From positions 40,548,001 through 40,612,000 of the forward strand of contig OZ024748.1 in the NCBI GenBank assembly GCA_964016885.1: a stretch of 64,000 nucleotides of DNA. The letters are read 5' to 3'. Under the pieces are notes generated by a model, which ran no database searches, was not told the DNA's origin, and saw only the letters and a program-made list of their open reading frames with translations. Origin of the DNA: Eledone cirrhosa. Taxonomy: Eukaryota. A program made the translations under genes and the position numbers. Each line of letters starts with the position of its first letter. The first letter of the stretch is position 1. Below, piece by piece: positions 47,101 to 62,100 of the stretch.

Positions 47101-50100
47101 TTATATTACTGGAATTCATCAGGAGTTACAGGTCCCTATATTACTGGACTTCATCAGAGGTTACAGGTCCCTATATTACTGGAATTCATCAGAGGTTACA
47201 GGTCCTTATATTACTGGAGTTTATCAGAGTTTACAGGTCCCTATATTACTGGACTTCATCAGGCGTTACAGGTCCTTATATTACTGGACTTCATCAGAGG
47301 TTACAGGTCCCTATATTACTGGAATTCATCAGAGGTTACAGGTCCCTATATTAGTGGACTTCATCAGAGATTCCAGGTCCTTATATTACTGGAGTTCATG
47401 AGGAGTTAAAGGTCCCTATATTACTGGAGTTCATGAGGAGTTAAAGGTCCCTATATTACTGGACTTCATCAGAGGTTACAGGTCCCTATATTACTGGACT
47501 TCATCAGAGGTTACAGGTTCTTATATTACTGGACTTCATCAGACGTTACAGGTCCCTATATTACTGGTCTCATCAGGGGTTACAGGTCCTTATATTACTG
47601 GACTTCATCAGAGGTTACAGGTCCTTATATTATTGGACTTCATCAGAGGTTACAGGTCCTTATATTACTGGACTTCATCAGGAGTTACAGGTCCTTATAT
47701 TACTGGACTTCATCAGGAGATACAGGTCCCTATATTACTGGACTTCATCAGAGGTTACAGGTCCTTATATTACTGGACTTCATCAGAGGTTACAGGTCCT
47801 TATATTACTGGACTTCATCAGGAGTTACAGGTCCTTATATTACTGGATTTTATCAGGAGTTACAGGTCCCTATATTACTGGACTTCATCAGAGGTTACAG
47901 GTCTTTATATTACTGGACTTCATCAGAGGTTACAAGTCCCTATATTACTGGACTTCATCACGAGTTACAGGTCCCTATATTACTGGACTTCCACAGAGGT
48001 TACAGGTCCCTATATTACTGGACTTCATCAGAGGTTACACGTCTCTATATTACTGGATTTCATCAGAGGTTACAGGTCGTTATATTACTGGACTTCATCA
48101 GATGTTACAGTTCCTTATATTACTGGACTTCATCAGAGGTTACAGGTCCCTATATTACTGGACTTCTTCAGAGCTTACAGGTCCCTATATTACTGGACTT
48201 CATCAGAGGTTACAGGTCCTTATATTACTGGACTTCATCACAGGTTACAGGTCCCTATATTACTGGACTTCATCAGAAGCTACAGGTCCCTATATTACTG
48301 GACTTCATCAGGAGATTCAGGTCCCTATATTACTGGACTTCATCAGAGGTAACAGGTTCTTATATTACTGATCATCATCAACGGTTACAGGTCCTTATAT
48401 TACTGGACTTCATCAGAGGTTACAGGTCCTTATATTATTGGACTTCATCAGGAGATACAGGTCCCTATATTGCTGGACTTCATCAAAGGTTACAGGTCCT
48501 TATATTACTGGACTTCATCAGAGGTTACAGGTCCTTATATTACTGGACTTCATCAGGAGTTTCAGGTCCCTATATTACTGGACTTCATCAGGAGTTACAG
48601 GTCCCTATATTACTGGACTTCATCAGGAGTTCCAGGTCCCTGTATTACTGGACTTCATCAGAGGTTACAGGTCCCTATATTACTGGACTTCCTCAGAGGT
48701 TACAGGACCTTATTTTACTGGACTTCATCAGGAGTTACAGGTCCCTATATTACTGGACTTCATCAGGAGTTACAGGTCCCTATATTACTGGACTTCATCA
48801 GAGGTTACAGGTCCTTATATTACTGGACTTCATCAGAGGTTACAGGTCCTTATATTACTGGACTTCATCAGAGGTTACAGGTCCCTATATTACTGGATTT
48901 CATCAGAGGTTACAGGTCCTTATATTACTGGTCTCATCAGGAGTTACAGGTCCCTATATTACTGGACTTCATCAGGAGTTACAGGTCCCTATATTACTGG
49001 ACTTCATCAGAGGTAACAGGTCCTTATATTACTGGAATTCATCAGAGGTTACAGGTCCTTATATTACTGGACTTCATCAGAGATTACAGGTACTTATATT
49101 ACTGGACTTCATCAGAGGTTACAGGTTCTTATATTACTGCACTTCATCAGAGGTTACAGGTCCCTATATTACTGGACTTCATCAGACGTTACAGGTCCTT
49201 ATATTACTGGACTTCATCAGAGGTTACATGTCCTTATATTACTGGACATCATCAAAGGTTACAGGTCCCTATATTATTGGACTTCATCAGAGGTTACAGG
49301 TCCTATATTACTGGACTTCATCAGAGCTTACAGGTCCTTATATTACTGGACATCATCAGGAGTTACAGGTCCCTATATTACTGGACTTCATCAGAGGTTA
49401 CAGGTCCCTATATTACTGGACTTCATCAGAGGTTACAGGTCCCTATATTACTGGACTTCCATCAGAGGTAACAGGTCCCTATATTACTGGACTTCATCAG
49501 AGGTTACAGGTCCCTATATTACTGGACTTCATCAGAGGTTACAGGTCCCAATATTACTGGACTTCCACAGAGGTTACATGTCCCTATATTAATGGAGTTA
49601 ACCAGGAGTTACAGGTCCTTATATTACTGGACTTAATCAGGAGTAACAGATCCTTATATTACTGGACTTCATCAGAGGTTACAGGTCCTTTTTTACTGGA
49701 CTTCGTCAGGTGTTACAGGTTCTTATATTACTGGACTTCATCAGACGTTACGGGTCCCTATATTACTGGTCTCATCAGGGGTTACAGGTCCTTATATTAC
49801 TGGACTTCATCGGAGGTTACGGGTCCTTATATTACTGGACTTCATCAGAGGTTACAGGTCCTTATATTACTGGACTTCATCAGGAGTTACAGGTCCTTAT
49901 ATTACTGGACTTCATCAGGAGATACAGGTCCCTATAGTACTGGACTTCATCAGAGGTTACAGGTCCTTATATTACTGGACTTCATCAGAGGTTACAGTTC
50001 CTTATATTACTGGACTTCATCAGAGGTTACAGGTCCTTATATTACTGGACTTCGTCAGGAGTTACAGGTACTTATATTACTGGACTTCATCAGGAGTTAC

Positions 50101-53100
50101 AGGTCCTTATATTACTGGATTTTATCAGGAGTTACAGGTCCCTATATTACTGGACTTCATCAGAGGTTACAGGTCTTTATATTACTGGACTTCATCAGAG
50201 GTTACAAGTCCCTATATTACTGGACTTCATCAGGAGTTACAGGTCCCTATATTACTGGACTTCCACAGAGGTTACATGTCCCTATATTACTGGACTTCAT
50301 CAGGAGATTCAGGTCCCTATATTGCTGGACTTCATCAGAGGTTACAGGTCCTTATATTACTGGACTTCATCAGAGGTTACAGGTCCTTATATTACTGGAC
50401 TTCATCAGGAGTTACAGGTCCTTATATTACTGGACTTCATCAGGAGTTACAGGTCCCTATATTACTGGACTTCTTCAGAGCTTACAGGTCCCTATATTAC
50501 TGGACTTCATCATAGGTTACAGGTCCTTATATTACTGGACTTCATCACAGGTTACAGGTCCCTATATTACTGGACTTCATCAGAAGCTACAGGTCCCTAT
50601 ATTACTGGACTTCATCAGGAGATACAGGTCCCTATATTACTGGACTTCATCAGAGGTAACAGGTTCTTATATTACTGAACATCATCAGAGGTTACAGGTC
50701 CTTATATTACTGGGCTTCATCAGGAGTTACAGGTCCCTATATTACTCGACTTCATCAGAGGTTACAGGTCCTTATATTACTGGACTTCATCAGAGGTTAC
50801 AGGTCTCTATATTACTAAACATCATCAGGAGTTACAGGTCCTTATATTACTGGACTTCATCAGAGGTTACAGGTCCTTATATTACTGTACTTCATCAGGG
50901 GTTACAGGTCCTTATATTACTGGACTTCATCAGGCGTTACAGGTACTTATTTTACTGGAATTCATCTGAGGTTACAGGTCCTTATATTACTGGACTTCAT
51001 CAGAGATTACAGGTCCCTATATTACAGGATTTCATCAGGAGTTACAGGCCCTTATATTACTGGGTTCATCAGAGGTTACAGGACCCTATATTACTAGACT
51101 TCATCAGAGGTTCCAGGTCCTTATATTACTGGACTTCATCAGAGTTTACAGGTCCTTATATTACTGGACTTCATCAGGAGTCACAGGCCTTATATTACTG
51201 GACTTCATCAGGAGTTACAGGTCCCTATATTACTGGACTTCATCAGAGGTAACAGGATCTTATATTACTGGATATTATCAGAGGTTACAGGTCCTTATAT
51301 TACTGGACTTCATTAGAGGTTACAGGTCGCTATATTACTAAACATTATCAGGAGTTACAGGTCCTTGTATTACTGGAATTCATCAGGAGATACAGGTCCA
51401 TATATTACTGGACTTCATCAGAGGTACAGGTCCCAATACTACTGGACTTCATCAGGAGTTACAGGCCCTTATGTTACTGGACTTCATCAGAGGCTACAGG
51501 TCCTATATTACCGGACTTCATCAGAGGTTACAGGTCCCTATATTACTGGCCTTCATCAGAGGTTACAGGTCCCTATATTACTGGACTTCAGCAGAGGTTC
51601 CAGGTCCTTATATTACTGGAGTTCATGAGGAGTTAAAGGTCCCTATATTACTGGACTTCATCAGGAGATACAGGTCCCTATATTACTCGACTTCATCAGA
51701 GGTTACAGGTCCTTATATTACTGGACTTCATCAGAGGTTACAGGTCCTTATATTACTGGACTTTATCAGGAGTTAAAGGTCCCTATATTACTGGACTTCA
51801 TCAGGAGATACAGGTCCCTATATTACTGGACTTCATCAGAGGTTACAGGTACCTATATTACTGGACTTCATCAGAGGTTACAGGTCCCTATATTACTGGA
51901 GTTTATCAGGAGTTACAGGTCCTTATATTGCTGGACTTCATCAGGAGTTACAGGTCCTTATATTACTGGACTTCATCAGGAGATACAGGTCCCTATATTG
52001 CTGGACTTCATCAGAGGTTACAGGTCCTTATATTACTGGACTTCATCAGAGGTTACGTGTCCCTATATTACTGGAGTTTATCAGGAGTTACAGGTCCTTA
52101 TATTACTGGACTTCATCAGGAGTTACAGGTTCCTATATTACTGGACTTCAACAGAGGTTACAGGTCCCTATATTACTGGACTTCACCAGGAGTCACAGGT
52201 CCCTATATTACTGGACTTCATCAGAGGTTAGAGGTCTATATATTACTGGACTCATCAAAGGTTACAGGGCCCTATATTACTGGACTTCATCAGGAGTCAC
52301 AGGTCCCTATATTACTGGACTACATCAGAGGTTTCAGGTCCTTATACTACTGGACTCATCAAAGGTTACAGGGCCCTATATTACTGGACTTCATCAGGAG
52401 TTACAGGTCCCAATATTACTGGACATCATCAGGAGTTACAGGTCCTTATATTACTGGACTTCATCAGGAGTTACAGGTCCTTATATTACTGGATTCATCA
52501 GAGGTTAAAGGTCACTATGTTACTGGACTTCATCAGAGGTTACAGGACCTTATATTACTGGACTTCATCAGGAGTTGCAGCTCCTTATATTTCTGGACTT
52601 CATCAGAGGTTACAGGTCCTTATATTACTGGACATCATCAAGAGTTACAGGTCATTATATTACTGGACTTCATCAGAGGTTACAGGTCCTTATATTACTG
52701 GACTTCATCAGAGGTTTACAGGTCCCTATATTACTGGACTTTATCAGGACTTACAGGTCCTTATATTAGTGGACTTCATCAGGAGTTACAGGTCCCTATA
52801 TTACTGGACTTCATCAGAGGTTACAGGTCCTTATATTACTGGACTTCATCAGATGTTACAGGACCTTATATTACTGGAGTTCATCAGGAGTTAATGGTCC
52901 CTATATTACTGGACTTCATCAGGAGATACAGGTCCCTATATTGCTGGATTTCATCAGAGGTTACAGGTCCTTATATTAGTGGATTTCATCAAGAGTTACA
53001 GGTCCCTGTATTACTGTATTCATCAGGAGATACAGGTCCCTATATTACTGGATTTCATCAGAGGTAACAGGTTCTTATATTACTGAACATCATCAGAGGT

Positions 53101-56100
53101 TACAGGTCCTTATATGACTGGGCTTCAGCAGGAGATACAGGTCCCTATATTACTGGATTTCATCAGAGGTTACAGGTCCTTATATTACTGGACTTCATCA
53201 GAGGTTACAGGTCCTTATATTACTGGACTTCATCAGGCGTTACAGGTCCTATTTTACTGGAATTCATCAGAGGTTACAGCTCCTTATATTACTGGACTTC
53301 ATCAGAGATTACAAGTCCCTATATTACTGGACTTCATCAGAGGTTACAGGTCCCTATATTACTGGACTTCATAAGAGGTTCCAGATCCTTATATTACTGG
53401 ACTTCATCAGAATTTACAGCCCCTTATATTAATGGACTTCATCAGGAGTTGCAGGTCCTTATATTACTGGACTTCATCAGGAGTTACAGGTCCCTATATT
53501 ACTGGACTTCATCAGAAGTTACAGGTCCCTATATTACTGCAATTCATCAGAGGTTACAGATCCCTATATTACTGCAATTCATCAGGAGTTACAGGCCCTT
53601 ATATTACCGGACTTCATCAGGAGTTACAGGTCCTTATATTACTGGACTTCATCAGGAGTTACAGGTCCATATATTACTGCAATTCATGAGAGGTTACAGG
53701 TCCCTATATTACTGCACTTCATCAGGAGTTACAGGTCCTTATATTACTGGACTTCATCAGAGGTTACAGGTCCTTATTTTACTGGACTTCATCAGGCGTT
53801 ACAGTTCCCTATATTACTGGACTTCATCAGAGGTTACAGGTCCCTATATTACTGGCCTTCATCAGAGGTTACAGGTCCCTATATTACTGGACTTCATCAG
53901 AGGTTCCAGGTCCTTATATTACTGGAGTTCATGAGGGGTTAAAGGTCCCTATATTACTGGACTTCATCAGGAGATACAGGTCCCTATATTACTCGACTTC
54001 ATCAGAGGTTACAGGTCCTTATATTACTGGACTTCATCAGAGGTTACAGGTCCTTATATTACTGGACTTCATCAGGCGTTACAGTTCCTTATTTTACTGG
54101 ACTTCATCAGAGGCTACAGGTCCTATATTACCGGACTTCATCAGAGGTTACAGGTCCCTATATTACTGGCCTTCATCAGAGGTTACAGGTCCCTATATTA
54201 CTGGACGTCATCAGAGGTTCCAGGTCCTTATATTACAGGAGTTCATGAGGAGTTAAATGTCCCTATATTACTGGACTTCATCAGGAGATACAGGTCCCTA
54301 TATTACTGGACTTCATCAGAGGTTACAGGTCCTTACATTAATGGACTTCATCAGGAGTTACAGGTCTTTATATTACTGGACTTCATCAGAGGTTACAGGT
54401 ATTTATATTACTGGACTTCATCAGAGGTTACAGGTCCTTATATTACTGGAGTTTATCAGGAGTTACAGGTCCTTATATTACTGGACTTCATCAGGCGTTA
54501 CAGTTCCTTATTTTACTGGACTTCATCAGAGGTTACAGGTCCTTATATTACTGGACTTCATCAGAGATTACAGGTCCCTATATTACTGGACTTCATCAGG
54601 AGTTACAGGCCCTTATGTTACTGGACTTCATCAGAGGCTACAGGTCCTATATTACCGGACTTCATCACAGGTTACAGGTCCCTATATTACTGGACTTCAT
54701 CAGAGGTTACAGGTCCCTATATTACTGGACTTCATCAGAGGTTCCAGGTCCTTATATTACTGGAGTTCATCAGGAGATACAGGTCCCCATATTGCTGGAC
54801 TTCATCAGAGGTTACAGGCCCTTAAATTACTGGACTTCATCAGGAGTTACAGGTCCTTATTTTACTGGACTTCATCAGAGGTTACAGGTCCTTATATTAC
54901 TGGAGTTCATCAGGAGATACAGGTCCCCATATTGCTGGACTTCATCAGAGGTTACAGGTCCTTATATTACTGGAGTTTATCAGGAGTTACAGGTCCTTAT
55001 ATCACTGGACTTCATCAGGAGATACAGGTCCCTATATTGCTGGACTTCATCAGAGGTTACAGGTCCTTATATTACTGGACTTCATCAGAGATTACAGGGC
55101 TTTAAATTACTGGACTTCATGAGGAGTTACAGGTCCTTATATTACTGGACTTCATCAGAAGTTACAGGGCTTTAAATTACTGGACTTCATCAGGAGTTAC
55201 AGGTCCCTATATTACTGGACTTCATCAGAGGTTACAGGTCCTTATATTATTGGACTTCATCAGGAGTTACAGGTCCTTATATTATTGGACTTCATCAGGA
55301 GTTACAGGTCCCTATATTACTGCACTTCATCAGAGGTTACAGGTCCCTATATTACTGCACTTCATCAGGAGTTACAGGTCCTTATATTACTGGACTTTAT
55401 CACGAGTTACAGGTCCCTCTTTTCTGGACTCCATCAGGAGTTACAGGTCTTTATATTACTGGACTTCATCTGGAGTTACAGGTCCTTATATTACTGGACT
55501 TCATCAGAGGTTACAGGTCCCTATATTACTGGACTTCATCAGAGGTTACAGGTTCTTATATTACTGGATTTAATCAGAGGTTACAGGTCCCTATATTATT
55601 GGATTTCATCGGTAGTTACAGGTCTTATATTACTGTACTTCATCAGGAGATACAGGTCCCTATATTGCTGGACTTCATCAAAGGTTACAGGTCCTTATAT
55701 TACTGGACTTCATCAGAGCTTACAGGTCCTTATATTACTGGACTTCATCAGGAGTTACAGGTCTTTATATTACTGGACTTCATCAGAGGTTACAGGTCCC
55801 TATATTATTGGATTTCATCGGTAGTTACAGGTCTTATATTACTGTACTTCATCAGGAGATACAGGTCCCTATATTGCTGGACTTCATCAAAGGTTACAGG
55901 TCCTTATATTACTGGACTTCATCAGAGCTTACAGGTCCTTATATTACTGGACTTCATCAGGAGTTACAGGTCTTTATATTACTGGACTTCATCAGAGGTT
56001 GCAGGTCCTTATATTACTGGACTTCATCAGAAGCTACAGGTCCCGATATTACTGGACTTCATCATGAGATACAGGTCCCTATATTACTGGATTTCATCAG

Positions 56101-59100
56101 AGGTAACAGGTTCTTATATTACTGAAAATCATCAGAGGTTACAGGTCGTTATATTACTGGGCTTCATCAGGAGTTACAGGTCCCTATATTACTCGACTTC
56201 ATCAGAGGTTACAGGTCCTTATATTACTGGACTTCATCAGGCGTTACAGGTCCTTATTTTACTGGAATTCATCAGAGGTTACAGCTCCTTATATTACTGG
56301 ACTTCATCAGAGATTACAGGCCCTTATATTACTGGACTTCATCAGAGGTTACAGTACCCTATATTACTGGACTTCATCAGAGGTTACAGGTCCCTATATT
56401 ACTGGACTTCATAAGAGGTTCCAGGTCCTTATATTACTGGACTTCATCAGAGATTACAGGTCCTTATATTACTGGAATTCATCAGGAGTTACAGGTCCCT
56501 ATATTATTGGACTTCATCAGAGGTTACAGGTCCCTATATTACTGGAATTCATCAGAGGTTACAGGTCCTTATATTACTGGAGTTAATCAGAGTTTACAGG
56601 TCCCTATATTACTGGACTTCATCAGGCGTTACAGGTCCTTATATTACTGGACTTCATCAGAGGTTACAGGTCCCTATATTACTGGAATTCATCAGAGGTT
56701 ACAGGTCCCTATATTAGTGGACTTCATCAGAGATTCCAGGTCCTTATATTACTGGAGTTCATGAGGAGTTAAAGGTCCCTATATTACTGGACTTCATCAG
56801 GCGTTACAGGTCCTTATATTACTGGACTTCATCAGAGGTTACAGGTCCCTATATTACTGGAATTCATCAGAGGTTACAGGTCCCTATATTAGTGGACTTC
56901 ATCAGAGATTCCAGGTCCTTATATTACTGAAGTTCATGAGGAGTTAAAGGTCCCTATATTACTGGACTTCATCAGAGGTTACAGGTCCCTATATTACTGG
57001 ACTTCATCAGAGGTTACAGGTCCCAATATTACTGGACTTCCACAGAGGTTACATGTCCCTATATTAATGGAGTTAACCAGGAGTTACAGGTCCTTACATT
57101 ACTGGACTTAATCAGGAGTAACAGATCCTTATATTACTGGACTTCATCAGAGGTTACAGGTCCTTATATTACTGGACTTCGTCAGGTGTTACAGGTTCTT
57201 ATATTACTGGACTTCATCAGACGTTACAGGTCCCTATATTACTGGTCTCATCAGGGGTTACAGGTCCTTATATTACTGGACTTCATCAGAGGTTACAGGT
57301 CCTTATATTATTGGACTTCATCAGAGGTTACAGGTCCTTATATTACTGGACTTCATCAGGAGTTACAGGTCCTTATATTACTGTACTTCATCAGGAGATA
57401 CAGGTCCCTATATTACTGGACTTCATCAGAGGTTACAGGTCCTTATATTACTGGACTTCATCAGAGGTTACAGGTCCTTATATTACTGGACTTCATCAGG
57501 AGTTACAGGTCCTTATATTACTGGATTTTATCAGGAGTTACAGGTCCCTATATTACTGGACTTCATCAGAGGTTACAAGTCCCTATATTACTGGACTTCA
57601 TCAGGAGTTACAGGTCCCTATATTACTGGACTTCCACAGAGGTTACAGGTCCCTATATTACTGGACTTCATCAGAGGTTACACGTCTCTATATTACTGGA
57701 TTTCATCAGAGGTTACAGGTCGTTATATTACTGGACTTCATCAGATGTTACAGGTCCTTATATTACTGGACTTCATCAGAGGTTACAGGTCCCTATATTA
57801 CTGGACTTCTTCAGAGCTTACAGGTCCCTATATTACTGGACTTCATCAGAGGTTACAGGTCCTTATATTACTGGACTTCATCACAGGTTACAGGTCCCTA
57901 TATTACTGGACTTCATCAGAAGCTACAGGTCCCTATATTACTGGACTTCATCAGGAGATTCAGGTCCCTATATTACTGGACTTCATCAGAGGTAACAGGT
58001 TCTTATATTACTGATCATCATCAGAGGTTACAGGTCCTTATATTACTGGGCTTCATCAGAGGTTACAGGTCCTTGTATTACTGGACTTCATCAGAGGTTA
58101 CAGGTCCCTATATTACTAAACATCATCAGGAGTTACAGGTCCTTATATTACTAGACTTCATCAGAGGTTACAGGTCCTTATATTACTGTACTTCATCAGG
58201 GGTTACAGGTCCCTATATTACTGGACTTCATCAGAGGTTACAGGTCCTTATATTACTAGACTTCATCAGAGGTTACAGGTCCCTATATTACTGGAGTTTA
58301 TCAGGAGTTACAGGTCCTTATATTTCTGGACTTCATCAGAGGTTACAGGTCCTTAAATTACTGGATTTCATCAGGACTTACAGGTCCCTATATTACTGGA
58401 CTTCATCAGGAGATACAGGTCCCTATATTGCTGGACTTCATCAGAGGTTACAGGTCCTTATATTACTGTACTTCATCAGAGGTTACAGGTCCTTATATTA
58501 CTGGACTTCATCAGGCGTCACAGTTCTTTATTTTACTGGACTTCATCATAGCTTACAGGTCCTTATATTACCGGACTTCATCAGAGGTTACAGGTCCTTA
58601 TATTACTGGACTTCATCAGAGGTTATAGGTCCTTATATTACTGGACTTCATCAACAGTTACAGGTCCTTATATTACTGAACTTCATCAGAAGTTAAAGGC
58701 CCTTATGTTACTGGACTTCGTCAGAGGTTACAGGTCCTTATATTACTGGACTTCATCAGAGCTTATAGGTCCTTATATTACTGGACTTCATCAACAGTTA
58801 CAGGTCCTTATATTACTGGACTTCATCAGGAGTTACAGGTCCCTATATTACTGGACTTCATCAATGGTTACAGGTCCTTATATTACTGGACTTCATCAGG
58901 AGTTACAGGTCCCTATATTACTGGACTTCATCAGGAGTTACAGGTCCCTATATTACTGGACTTCATCAGAGGTTACAGGTCCTTATATTACTGGACTTCA
59001 TCAGAGGTTACAGGTCCTTATATTACTGGACTTCATCAGAGGTTATATGTACTTATATTACTGTACTTCATCAGAGGTTACAGGTCCCTATATTACTGGA

Positions 59101-62100
59101 CTTCATCAGAGGTTACATGTCCCTATATTAATGGAGTTAGCCAGGAGTTACAGGTCCTTATATTACTGGAATTCATCAGAGGTTACAGGTCCTTATATTA
59201 CTGGACTTCGTCAGGTGTTACAGGTTCTTATATTACTGGACTTCATCAGAGGTTACAGGTCCCTATATTACTGGTCTCATCAGGGGTTACAGGTCCTTAT
59301 ATTACTGGACTTCATCAGGAGTTACAGGTTCTTATATTAATGGACTTCATCAACGGTTACAGGTCCTTATATTACTGGACTTCATCAGAGGTTACAGGTC
59401 CTTATATTATTGGACTTCATCAGGAGATACAGGTCCCTATATTGCTGGAATTCATCAAAGGTTACAGGTCCTTATATTACTGGACTTCATCAGAGGTTAC
59501 AGGTCCTTATATTACTGGACTTCATCAGGAGTTTCAGGTCCCTATATTACTGGACTTCATCAGGAGTTACAGGTCCCTATATTACTGGACTTCATCAGGA
59601 GTTCCAGGTCCCTGTATTACTGGACTTCATCAGAGGTTACAGGTCCCTATATTACTGGACTTCCTCAGAGGTTACAGGACCTTATTTTACTGGACTTCAT
59701 CAGGAGTTACAGGTCCCTATACTACTGGACTTCATCAGGAGTTACAGGTCCCTATATTACTGGACTTCATCAGAGGTTACAGGTCCTTATATTACTGGAC
59801 TTCATCAGAGGTTACAGGTCCTTATATTACTGGACTTCATCAGAGGTTACAGGTCCCTATATTACTGGATTTCATCAGAGGTTACAGGTCCTTATATTAC
59901 TGGTCTCATCAGGAGTTACAGGTCCCTATATTACTGGACTTCATCAGGAGTTACAGGTCCCTATATTACTGGACTTCATCAGAGGTAACAGGTCCTTATA
60001 TTACTGGAATTCATCAGAGGTTACAGGTCCTTATATTACTGGACTTCATCAGAGATTACAGGTACTTATATTACTGGACTTCATCAGAGGTTACAGGTTC
60101 TTATATTACTGCACTTCATCAGAGGTTACAGGTCCCTATATTACTGGACTTCATCAGACGTTACAGGTCCTTATATTACTGGACTTCATCAGAGGTTACA
60201 TGTCCTTATATTACTGGACTTCATCAAAGGTTACAGGTCCCTATATTATTGGACTTCATCAGAGGTTACAGGTCCTATATTACTGGACTTCATCAGAGCT
60301 TACAGGTCCTTATATTACTGGACATCATCAGGAGTTACAGGTCCCTATATTACTGGACTTCATCAGAGGTTACAGGTCCCTATATTACTGGACTTCATCA
60401 GAGGTTACAGGTCCCTATATTACTGGACTTCCATCAGAGGTAACAGGTCCCTATATTACTGGACTTCATCAGAGGTTACAGGTCCCTATATTACTGGACT
60501 TCATCAGAGGTTACAGGTCCCAATATTACTGGACTTCCACAGAGGTTACATGTCCCTATATTAATGGAGTTAACCAGGAGTTACAGGTCCTTATATTACT
60601 GGACTTAATCAGGAGTAACAGATCCTTATATTACTGGACTTCATCAGAGGTTACAGGTCCTTATATTACTGGACTTCGTCAGGTGTTACAGGTTCTTATA
60701 TTACTGGACTTCATCAGACGTTACGGGTCCCTATATTACTGGTCTCATCAGGGGTTACAGGTCCTTATATTACTGGACTTCATCGGAGGTTACAGGTCCT
60801 TATATTACTGGACTTCATCAGAGGTTACAGGTCCTTATATTACTGGACTTCATCAGGAGTTACAGGTCCTTATATTACTGGACTTCATCAGGAGATACAG
60901 GTCCCTATAGTACTGGACTTCATCAGAGGTTACAGGTCCTTATATTACTGGACTTCATCAGAGGTTACAGTTCCTTATATTACTGGACTTCATCAGAGGT
61001 TACAGGTCCTTATATTACTGGACTTCGTCAGGAGTTACAGGTACTTATATTACTGGACTTCATCAGGAGTTACAGGTCCTTATATTACTTGATTTTATCA
61101 GGAGTTACAGGTCCCTATATTACTGGACTTCATCAGAGGTTACAAGTCCCTATATTACTGGACTTCATCAGGAGTTACAGGTCCCTATATTACTGGACTT
61201 CCACAGAGGTTACATGTCCCTATATTACTGGACTTCATCAGGAGATTCAGGTCCCTATATTGCTGGACTTCATCAGAGGTTACAGGTCCTTATATTACTG
61301 GACTTCATCAGAGGTTACAGGTCCTTATATTACTGGACTTCATCAGGAGTTACAGGTCCTTATATTACTGGACTTCATCAGGAGTTACAGGTCCCTATAT
61401 TACTGGACTTCTTCAGAGCTTACAGGTCCCTATATTACTGGACTTCATCATAGGTTACAGGTCCTTATATTACTGGACTTCATCACAGGTTACAGGTCCC
61501 TATATTACTGGACTTCATCAGAAGCTACAGGTCCCTATATTACTGGACTTCATCAGGAGATACAGGTCCCTATATTACTGGACTTCATCAGAGGTAACAG
61601 GTTCTTATATTACTGAACATCATCAGAGGTTACAGGTCCTTATATTACTGGGCTTCATCGGGAGTTACAGGTCCCTATATTACTCGACTTCATCAGAGGT
61701 TACAGGTCCTTATATTACTGGACTTCATCAGAGGTTACAGGTCTCTATATTACTAAACATCATCAGGAGTTACAGGTCCTTATATTACTGGACTTCATCA
61801 GAGGTTACAGGTCCTTATATTACTGTACTTCATCAGGGGTTACAGCTCCTTATATTACTGGACTTCATCAGGCGTTACAGGTACTTATTTTACTGGAATT
61901 CATCTGAGGTTACAGGTCCTTATATTACTGGACTTCATCAGAGATTACAGGTCCCTATATTACAGGATTTCATCAGGAGTTACAGGCCCTTATATTACTG
62001 GGTTCATCAGAGGTTACAGGACCCTATATTACTGGACTTCATCAGAGTTTACAGGTCCTTATATTACTGGACTTCATCAGGAGTCACAGGCCTTATATTA